Shown here in pieces: positions 23,701 to 35,300 of a stretch of DNA of 64,000 nt. Numbering within the stretch: the first letter of the stretch is position 1; every line of letters begins with the position of its first letter. A program made the translations under genes and the position numbers. The stretch is from Eledone cirrhosa (taxonomy: Eukaryota). Below the pieces are notes generated by a model, which was not told the origin of the DNA, did no database searches, and saw only the letters and a list, made by a program, of their open reading frames with translations. Where the stretch lies: assembly GCA_964016885.1 (NCBI GenBank), contig OZ024746.1, positions 70,618,001 to 70,682,000 on the forward strand, written 5' to 3'.

Positions 23701-26700
23701 GGCCTACTGACTGTAGGTTAATTTTTAGGGAAGGCGGGTCGTCTGTATTACTGCGTGGCGCCAAAGATCTCGATCCAGTGACATTGTCTTAGAGAGGTGC
23801 AAGTGTGCATGGTCGGAATTTATCATGTTGTCCTAGGTTTTTCTGGGTCTACCTACTCCGTAACTTCCATCAATTTTGATCGCCCTGCACTTTTATACAG
23901 CTGTCATCTTTCATGCGCATCACGTGACCATACCAACGTAGTCTTCTCCCAAGTAAACACCATCTGATCCCTCTTATTCGTAATTTCTCACTTAGTTCAT
24001 TTATGTTTTGCCGTTTTTGTATATTACTATTACACATCCAACGGAGCATGCATGCTTCGTTCCTTTCCAGTCTGCGCAGGTCCTCTGCACATAATGCTCA
24101 TGTCTCACTGCCATGTAACATTGCTGTTCGTATACAAGCATCATACAATCTGCCTTTCATTTTTAGAGAGAAACCTTTTGTGGCCAACAGCAGTATAAGC
24201 TCTCTGATTTTTTTACATCTGGTTCTAACTCTGGCTACTGTACTTTCAGAGCACCCTTCACCACGGCTGATTTTGTCACCCAGGTAACGGAAAGTATCCA
24301 CTATTTCTATAGAACCATTTGGGCAGTAGAAGGAGCTAGTATCCTGTGGGCACTTGCTACTTATTGCACCTGAGCATCGGTCATATACAAAATCTACGTT
24401 CTTAGATAGCTTGCCTGTGATCCCACTACATCTTTTATGTACTCATAGTTTGCATTTGGGACATAGAATGGAATTTCTACCTACTCCTTTCCTACACACT
24501 GAGCATGGCCATTTCCCAGAAGGCACCTGTGCCCTATTTTCCTTTCTACATACTAGAACTTTAGTCTTAGACAAGTTAACTTTAAGGCCTTTTGATTCTA
24601 GGACATGCTTCCATGTTTGGAATTTCTTCTCTAGTTCAGCCTTAGATTCAGCTATGAGAGTTAGATCATCTTCATATAGAAGTTCCCATAGGCAGCCGGT
24701 CTTAAACTCCTCTGTTATAGCCTGGAGGGCAATAATAAACAAGAGGGGGCTAAGGACAGAGCCTTGATGAACACCAACTTTTATGCTAAATTCTTCACTA
24801 TATTCATTGTTAATTCTAACATTGCTGACTGTTTCTTTATACATGGCTTGTATAGCTCTCACAAGCCATTCATCTACACCAAGTTTTCTAATAGCCCACC
24901 AGATAATGGAGCGGAGGACTCTGTCAAAGGCCTTCTCCAAGTCAACAAAAGCTAAGTAGAGGTTTACTTTTAGATATGTACTTCTCCTGTAGTGGTCGTA
25001 CAAGGAAAAGAGCATCTGTGGTACTTTTACCTGACACAAATCCAAACTGCATTTCATCTAGATCAATTCGATCTCTGATTATTTGTGCTATAACTCTTTC
25101 TGTGACCTTCATGACCTGGTCAACTAACTTAATGCCTCTATAGTTTCCCCTATCTAGAGCATCTCCTTTACCCTAGTAGCAGTTAATGATGCTGCTGCTA
25201 TGCCAGTCATTTGGTATGACCCCATTCTGTATTACTTGGTTTACTATCCGGGTGACCATAGTATGTCCCACCATTCCAGATGTTTTCAACATCTCAGCAA
25301 CTATCTCTGTCTTTATATCTTTGATTGCCTTACTTATACTACCATTAACTTGCACCCATGGTCGCTCTATTGGATCGATTTGGGGCAGACTATCTTTTTC
25401 TCATTTATTCTCCTCATTTAGTAGTCTCCCCTAGTGACACTTCCAAGTTACCTTCTTATCAGTGAGGGCAAGTAGACCATCATCCTTATTGACACACTCC
25501 TCCCGAACAATATCACGGTTTTCCTTGACACATTGTCTTGCGATCCTGAACACCTCACGTAGAACATGCTTGAACTTTCTTTCCTCTGTTTCCCTTCTTG
25601 CAAAGTACACTTGTCTCCTAGCTTCTCTCTTGGCCACTTGATAGTGTTCTCTACTTCCCCATCCCGCCATACTTTCCAAGCCTGCTTTTTGGCCTTGATT
25701 GTCTCCTCCACCTTACTGTTCCATCACCAAGTTACTCTCCTCCTGCCTATAGGTCTGCTTCAGCCACATATTTCGTCTGTCGCCTTCAGCAGGTTAACTT
25801 TCAAGAATTCCTACTGTTCCTCTATATTGTATGTCTCTAATTGTTCTTCCTTACTGTCAAAAGCATCAAGTAATATGCTTTTAAATTTGTTACTGGCATA
25901 GGGTCCTTCAACTTCCATATTCTTCTCCTGAAAGTAGTCCTCCGCTGTCGTCGAGTACATCTAGTCCTGACTATGAGGTCACTAACTATTAGGCTATGTT
26001 GGAGGTGCATTCTTCACAAGGGAGGGACTTAGTGTTTACAAGCGACACTCTGTCATGTCTTCTAGTAAGGATATAATCTATCTGGCTGGTGTGTTCCCCT
26101 AATCTATAGGTGATCAAGTGACTGTCTCGTTTTTTGAAGTTTGTGTTACAGATAGTTAGGTTATTAGCATCACAGAATTCCAGGATTCTGAAGCCTTCCT
26201 CATTTCTTGTACCAAACCCATAGCCTCCATGGATTCCATCATAGCCATCACAATGTTGTTCAACATGACCATTTAGGTCACCAGCAATAATTATGTAGTC
26301 ACTGTCAGTTATTTGGGAGGTAGTGAGCATTAGCGACTAATAGAACCTGTCTTTTATAACATCAAGTAGGCCAGATTGGAGGGGATAAGCGGATATTATT
26401 GTCACAGTAGTTCTACTTACAACTAATCTTATTTTAATTATTCTGTCGTTCACTCTATTTACGGCAATTACCTTATCTACCCATTTTTCTGCTAACATAA
26501 TTCCTACTCCACCTAACCCATTGTCATTTCCCACCCAGAAAAGTTTATAGCATCATTTTCTTTTACCCACAATGAATCTAGCAGACCCACCCCTCCACCT
26601 GGTTTCTTGAACAAAACAAACATCAACTTCCTTACGTTCAAGCATCTCTACAACCTTGTTTGCGTGACCTTTCAAAGTGCCTATGTTCATGGTACCAACT

Positions 26701-27372
26701 CTGAAGTTTTGGATTTCGTTGGGTGGGTGTAAGGGATGGGTTTGGGTTGGAGGCGCAGGGAGGGGTGTGGGAGATGGAATTATGTTGGTCATCCGTGTCT
26801 GAAATAAAGAGGAGTCTTTGCATTCTCGTCCAGCAACATGAGGTGAATTTATCTTTATCTTTGACATTGTCATGTGAGTGTCCAGATTGTTCAGACTCTC
26901 CAAATTCTGTAGTTCATTTAGCATACCGAAAAGCAACCAGGTCTAAACTTAAGGAGTAATAGCCGAGGCAGTGGCTTTGTGATAAAGATTGGTAAGAGAA
27001 ACTTACCATAAACCACTGAATTATGATTGGACCAAATAGCAATGGTGGTGTGAGGGGGCCGAGGGGGGGGGGGGTAACTTTACGAGAAGATTAGTTTTTA
27101 GAAAGGGTCCAACAGATTTATCAATATTATTGAAAAGATTAGATCCTAAGTTAAACGAGCATATAATAATTGCTTAAATACTGATGGCTAATGGACTAAG
27201 AACAAGAAAAGGCAACAAAAAAAATGATCAGCTTACATTACATTTCTCAAATCAATAATTCAGCAGTAAGGTTAGATAAATTCTGGTTTTGAACCCTACA
27301 AAGCTTATTTTATATATTTGCGGAGAGGAGTGTGCGTGTCTGAGAGAAGATGTAAGCGTATAAACAATGTAT

Positions 27373-27405
<33 letters not shown>

Positions 27406-27797
27406 GAGAAGATTCTAGAAGTAAATAATAATTGTTTCTACTTTTGGCACAAGGCCAGCATTACTGGTACTTTATTTTATCGACCCCGTAAGGATGAAAG
27501 GCAAAGTTAACCTCGGCGGGATTTGAACTCAGAATGGCAAGGGCCGTAACTATGCACCAAAGCATGGTGTCAGACCCTCTAATAATAACAATGGGTAACT
27601 TTACGAGAAGATTAGTTTTTAGAAAAGGTCCAACAGATTTATCAATATTATTGAAAAGATTAGATTCTAATAATAGTTTAAATACTGATGGCTAATGGAC
27701 TAAGAACAAGGAAAGGTAACAAAAAATGAACAGCTTGCATTACATTTCTCAAATCAACAATTCGGCAGTAAGGTTAGATAAATTTTGTTTTGAACCC

Positions 27798-27828
<31 letters not shown>

Positions 27829-29298
27829 CCCTGTATGTATATATATATATATAAAATAAAATAATTAAGTCAAATATGTAAAATTTGGCTTCATTTATTA
27901 TAAATTATAGATATACTGCTATATATATTCTGGTGACAGCCATCATTGGCTGTCACCTCTTCAGACAGTCCGAATTGGTGTGGGAGAGACAGGTACACAT
28001 GTTGTTGAAGTGTGTTTTACTCCATCAATACATCGATATTTGAAGCTCGTTGATGTGACTCCTATGTAAAGGTGCTCAGAGTTGGGGTTTTTTACTCTAC
28101 ATCCGTATATTAAGTTCTTCCTTAGGCATTCATTACTAAGGGGACATAATGTGGGGGTTCTGCAGTTGCAGGAGGTGGTTGACCCCTGAGTGCCTAATGT
28201 GGGGTTCCCGTTGCGTATTATAGGGTGGTCATCTCCTGGGCCCGGTGGGGGGTCCCTGGGTCTGTTTGGGTTCCCAGTGTGGAAACTGGGTCCACCCTTC
28301 CTGCCCATTAGGAACTGTAGTACTTTGCATTTCCGGATTTTGACACTCAGGTTTTGGTGTTTTACACTCCACTTTTATCTTATTTGCTCTTAAAACGCAC
28401 CATTCGATGATAGTGTAAGAATTGTAATTCTTTACACTTCTTGATTCTGACACAAGTTTTCTACTTCAGTTAATATTTTTCAAATCTTTCAAATTTTGAT
28501 ATTGGTTGTAACACACACACATTTTTTATTTTTTTATTTGTTTGGCACCCCCCCCCCCCCCCCCACCATGTGAAATGGTGGCAGGATAGATGCCAACCCA
28601 TACACACAAATTTACATATACATAAACTAGACAGGGCCATAGATATATATATATGTTTTTGGCAACCATTCACATTGTGGCTCAATTACGAATTAATTAA
28701 TTAAATAATCAACAATCAGAGCAATATATAAGAAAGTAAGTCCATAGAATCATTTGATAAAATATATACAGTATTTCTTCTCCCAATCAGCATAATCAAC
28801 CACATAAAAAATCAATTAAACGAGGCTATAAGTTTAAAATGTACCTAGCCATGTGACAATTCTTAGCCATTTTGAATTCGTTTCTGGCGGGGATCATTTA
28901 AGAAAAATCTTTGTCCAATTGAGTTTGTTTCCTGATGATTTCGAAACTCATTGATTTATTCATGATCGGATATTTCCAAAGAGAGAATGAAACCCCCGGG
29001 GGATAGAAACATGATTTTGATATGTTTATGTACATTTTTTCTTCTAACTTTGATTTTGTACCTAATTGTGTATGGTTGGCTATATGTCTAGTCAATTTCT
29101 ACGGGCTATTAGAAATACTTGGTAAATCTTCTGTGGCTGTGGATCGCGGATAAAATAGCTATCATTTATTTATATATTGTCTCTTCATAGGTACATTTTA
29201 AACTTATAGCCTTGTTTAATTGATTTTTTATGTGGTTGATTATGCTGATTCGGAGAAGAAATACTGTATATATTTTATCAAATGATTCTATGGACTTA

Positions 29299-29345
<47 letters not shown>

Positions 29346-32300
29346 TCCACGCTGTAATGTGGCCGTGTAGGTAACACGGTAAAAACCTCCCAGTCCACAC
29401 TGTAAACGTGGTTGGTGTTAGGAAGGGCATCCAGCCGTAGAAAACCTGCCTGACAGTCCTATACGAGCAAGACAACCAATCTTGCCTCAAGTGGGAAAAC
29501 TCCCGTCCAAACCCATGCAAGCGTGGAAGATGGACGTTAAACAATGATGATGATGATGATGATACATATATATATATATATATTCATTTATTATGGCTAA
29601 ATAGTGAGTATTGTTACTCTGCAGTTTCACCTGCTCATTCCCGAGATCAAGAACATCTTGTCTGATGACACTGTGAATGAGCAGGTGAATCTCCAGAGTA
29701 ACAAGACTCACTATTTAGCCATAATAAATGAATATTTAAACTCTATTTTGGTATTGAGTAAGAATTGCCATAGATACATTGCAAAATGAAAGAAGCTAAT
29801 ATTGATTTCTAATTCTGACACAAGGTCATCAAATTTGTGGGAAAGACAAAGTAGATTAAATGAACTCAGTATCTGACTGGTAATTTATTTTATCGACCCT
29901 AGAAGGGGAAAGTTAATATCAGTGGGATTTGAACACAGAACGTAAAGAGCCAGAACAAATACCCCAATGGAATTTTATCTAAAGCTCAACCGCTTCAGCT
30001 AATCCACTGCCATGAAGGAAGCTAAATTTGAGAATATAAAAATGAATTCTTACCGACGCCTATATCACCAAGGTGCTGAAGAGTACATACACCATGAGTT
30101 TCAGTTTGTCCATAACCTTCAATTATCTTTTAAAGTATAAGAAATCAGAGAGTGCAACAATTTAGAATAAAATAACAATGTTAATGCAGCAAATAGTTAC
30201 AGTTGCAGCTTAATTAGTGCAGGTAAAATGTTATTTAGATAATAGAGAGTAATTAACAGAGAGTTGAATATAGACAAAAATGTTTCTATACTCATTATAA
30301 ATCAGATGATCTAATTATATATATTATATTAATATATATAATATACTATACTGTGAATTCACTAAAAATGAGTTGGGCCAATCATTCATGTTATTTTATT
30401 ATTAATCCTCTTGTTACCAACCTGTCAGAAACCATCCCTGGTTTTATGATACACAACTGCTCATTTTTAAATGTTCATAGTTTGATAAAAACCCTCCATT
30501 GTAATTTCATTTAGGAAATGTTTGTTAAGTAATGTTTCAAACATTGGCTTACTCATAAAAACGTTAGTTATCTCATTAAATTCTGCATATTTTCAAATTT
30601 AATTGTTACATTACTTTAGAATAAATACAGTAGCAAAAGAGTTAATCTATTCTTCCCAACTGAGAAATAAAGCTTCAGTGCTTTAATGCTATTCAGACCT
30701 GTCTTTAGCAACTTACTGTCATCTTTACATAGTAACAGTTTTGACTTATTTACAGGACTTACTGAGTTCACATTTTTACTAGATTATCATTAATCAACAA
30801 GAGGCACAGTTAACTGAATTACCAGCAACGTTATTATTGGTATTTATTTCATGAAAGCTGAATGGATGAAAGACAAAATCAACACCTATGGAGCTTTAAC
30901 TCCATTACCTTCTCACATCCAGGTGGCAAATTTAGCAGAGCTATGAGAGCATTATATTAAATGTCATATGGTATTTGTTCTGGTTCACTGTAACCTGAGT
31001 TAAAATCCCACTGAGGTTAACTTTGCTTTTTATCTTTTTAGGTTTAATAAAGTACCAGTTCAGGATTATAGATTGGCAAAATTGTTAGAGTACTGAACAA
31101 GACACTTTGCGGTATCTTTTCTGGCTTTGGGCATTCTTAGTTTAAATCTCAACTCCTGTCTTGTCCTGAGGAAAAATGGTGACATGGCAGGAGTGGGATG
31201 CCCATCATTAAAATATCCAAAGATACCTCTTATAAGATGCAACCTGATAGGAGTCCAGAAAAACTCACTCAGGTATGAGCTGTAGCAACAACAAACGCAT
31301 TATCTCAGTTAATGTTAATAAAATAGCTGGAATGACATTCTGGTTTAGTTATTAATTAGTATGATAGTCTTGGCCATCCTTTTTAATAATTGTTTATACC
31401 TTTGGCACAAGGCCAGCAATCACCCAGTACATTACTGGTACTTTATTTTATCGACCCCCGTAAGGATGAAAGGCAAAGTTAACCATGGCGGGATTTGAAC
31501 TCAATCCGTAAAGGGACGTAACTATGCTGAAAGCATGGTGTCCGACTCTATCAATACTACCAATCCACCGTCCTTTTTAATAATACTATCAAAATAAAAT
31601 TAATTTGGGTAATAAGAAAGGGAAAAAATGTAAGTTTAATAAAGAAAATACATAGCTGATCTCTCAGACTTTTATAAAGCACTGAGTATATAAATTTAAT
31701 ATAAAGAATGATATAAGCACGGATATGCTGTAAAATAGCTTATAAAATAGGGTGAAGATCCTTAAAATAGAGGCAACTTTTTTTCTGTCTTTTAAAGGTC
31801 TTCATCTTAGCATCTGCATGCATAAGCACATCATTCTTTATATCAACTGTATGTCTATTATTCTTAAGCAATGTTGTGTGTAGTCTTGTCAGAACTCCAT
31901 AAAATAAGCAAAGAAACATTTTTTCCATTAATATGATATTATAAATACATAAGAAATAATAACATACCATGCAACCAAAAACACAGCGTAAAAATGAAAG
32001 AACTTTTGGTGATAATGGTGCAGATCCTGTTGTGATCAACTTTGTACGTCCTCCAAGAGATTGTTGAATGTCACGGAAAATTAGTTTATCCCACCAGCTG
32101 TTGTTGCGCATGATGCCGCTAAAATATAAATAAAATTTATATAATTTATAATCATCATCATTTTACATCTGCTTTCCCATGCTTGCATAGTTTGGCTGGG
32201 TCCTATCCTGCACAGCCTCCCTCCCCTTACATTCATTCCTTATCTCTTTTGTGAGCTTCAGCATTTTGAGATTAGTTCTAACCACCTCTACCCAGGTAAT

Positions 32301-35300
32301 TCTCGATCTTCTACTGCAGCTTCCTTTCACTGGCATCGCCTGGCACTTCTTCAACCAGCATTCTTCATCTAAAAACATCACATGCCCAAACCTGTACAGT
32401 CTTCTCTTTTGCACACTACATCTGGTTCCTCTTATACTGAGCTTTTCTCTCAGTTCATCCATGCCCTATTGATCATGTGCACTAACATTACAAATCCAGT
32501 AGAGTATGCTTACTTCATTTCTCTCAAGTCAACATATATCATCTGCATTTATCATCCATGTCTCACTGCTAAGCAACATCACATTTCTCACACAGGTATC
32601 ATCCAAACTATCCTTCACCCATATAGAAAATCACTTTGTTGCCAATAGACAAAATAGACTCTGTTTCCTAAAGTTTGTCCAGCCTGCTCTTATTCTAGCT
32701 ACAATTTTTTCAGAACAACATCCTCCACTGCTAGTTAAGTCACTTAGTAGTTGATAGTTTCTGTTACTTAAGTTCTAATTTCAAATACAAAGTCAAACAA
32801 ACGATAAGAAAAATATACTACTATTATGAAAATCAAGAGAAAAAAACCAACCTACTTTTCCAATTCATTTGCTTTAGATGCTACGGCCATGTTGAATATA
32901 CATCGTTTTAATTTGTTTGAATTTACTTTTTCTAAAATCTGTAAAGAAATCAAAATAAATAAAAGTAAACATATATTTAGTTAATAATTGTTTCTACTTT
33001 TCCAGCAATTATCCCAGTGCATTACTGGTGCTTTATTTTATCGACCCCGTAAGGATGAAAGGCAGTTAACCTAAGCAGGATTTGAACTCACACCGTAAAG
33101 GGCCGTAACTCTGTGCTGCAAAGCATGGCGTCCGACCCTTTACCAATACTACCCAGAGCATTTTCAAAAGAATTATTTGATTTCATCATAATCATCATCG
33201 TTTATCGTGCGTTTCTTGCTAGCAAGGATTGGACATGTCGTCACAGATTGGTCAGTACTCAAGCAGAGTCACTGACCTCCAGGTGGGCCAGGGGCCTGAC
33301 AACATACAAGCCTGTGCTCTACAGAGTGCATTATTATCATGACACCAAAGGGAAGTTATCAAGTTATCAGGGACTGAGGGTAAACTTAGCTAAAACTAGT
33401 CAAAAGTGCTAGTGATTAGGAAAGAAGATAGGACTTTGATCCCTTCAGGAAAGTGGCCTTGATCCATATGGTGTATACAGTGTAAATCTTGGGTACACAA
33501 AAGATGTTGTGGGATAATGGGTAGACTAATAGGAAAGGGAGCCTTTGTATGTAGAAGATGCACAGGAGTAATTGAGGGGAAGAACGTCAGTGATATAAAC
33601 CATTTCAAGTTACAGGAAGGGTCCATAGAAATGGTTGGTAACTTCTGACATCTAGATGACTTAATTAGCAGTGGAGGAGGGTGGTCTGAGAGCATAATAG
33701 CTAGAATAAGGATAGGATGGAAGAAGTTTAGAGAGCTACTCCCACTGTTGACAACAAAAGGTTTCTTCCTACGTACAAAAGGACAACTGTATGATGCCTA
33801 TGTTCAATGCTGCATGGTAATCAACACATTATGTTTAGATGATGGTTTTGAAATTCTTATGAAGTTTTAATATTTTGATATTTAAAATGTTTTAAGTGTC
33901 GTTTAGAGTATCGGTTTGTTTCACAACTCCATCGATTCTTTTGTCACATATTTCTCAGCTTATATATGTTGTTCACGGATATTATCCCCATATTGTGAGA
34001 AACAAAACAAGTGCAAAACCAGTTCATAATTCTCAACTCTTAACAATCTGTACTATATGAAACTATATTAGCATGGCATTCTTCAAAAATACAAAGTAGC
34101 ACTATGACTGCATCCCATTCAAAATTAAAGACTTTATTCTAATACTGTAAAATTTCAATGATGCTATAAACATTTATAAAGAGCTACTATAAACACTTCA
34201 GTTACTTTGAATTAACTCAAATGATGATGATTTCTATATGAGCCAATAATGGAACCTCTATGTGGCAGCTTAATTAGCTAGAAATAGTAGCAAAATAACC
34301 TCAAATTACACTGCAGTCTTAAAAAAGAAAGGGTACTTTAGACAATGCTATCTCATATACAAAAAACAGGATGATCATAGCTGGAATGCCTTAGATGATA
34401 GGTCTTCTTCACTAGGACAGATCAAGGGCTAAACACAACTTTATTCCAGGAAAGTAGAGCAGAGCAGTGGGACAGCTGGAGTTACCTACAATTACATTTT
34501 CACATTATGATAGAAGTGGATTAAATGGGTTTTCTCCGTAAGCAACAAAGAAATAAGTTGCAGATCAATGCTATATTGACAGAGCAACTATTATGATTGC
34601 AACAGCTGTTTAACTCTTAAAATCCAGTACCACATAAAATTTCACTGTGACTATCATGTGAAAAAATTGAAGTCTTTAGTCTAATTCTGCAAGTTATCAG
34701 AACAAACTTTCCACAAGTATAGACACTATAAACATTTGAATTGACAAACCTATTTTACAATATTTTCTGCTAAATATGGAAGAAAGTGGAGAAAGAGGAA
34801 ATCCAAGAAAGTCATGGCTAAAGAGAAGGGAGGAGGAAATGAAAGCTAGAGGGCTGACGAGAGAGGGGATGCAGACAATATATATATACACACTGCATCT
34901 CATCATGCATTGAGAACTACCCTAATCTGTGGTCTTCCCGAAACTCCATACAAATATATATATATCAGGTTTAGAATAGATACATCATATTCCTGTGTGT
35001 TATAAGAAGTGACTAAAGGATTTGGTGTCAGGAAGGACAGGTAAAACTGCTTCCTCAAAAAAGTCTTGTCCAGCCTATGCCAAAATGGAAAAACCAGCAT
35101 AAAAACAATGATGATGATGATGATGACAATAATTATAGAAGAGTATATAGAATAAATGTTAATAATGATTTCTGATTTAGGCACAAGGCCAACTATTTTG
35201 GGTATTTGGGGAAAGTTGATTAAATCAACTCCACTGCGTTAGTGATGCTTTATTTTACTGACCCCGTAAAGATGAAGGGCAAAGCTAACTTCAGTGGAAT

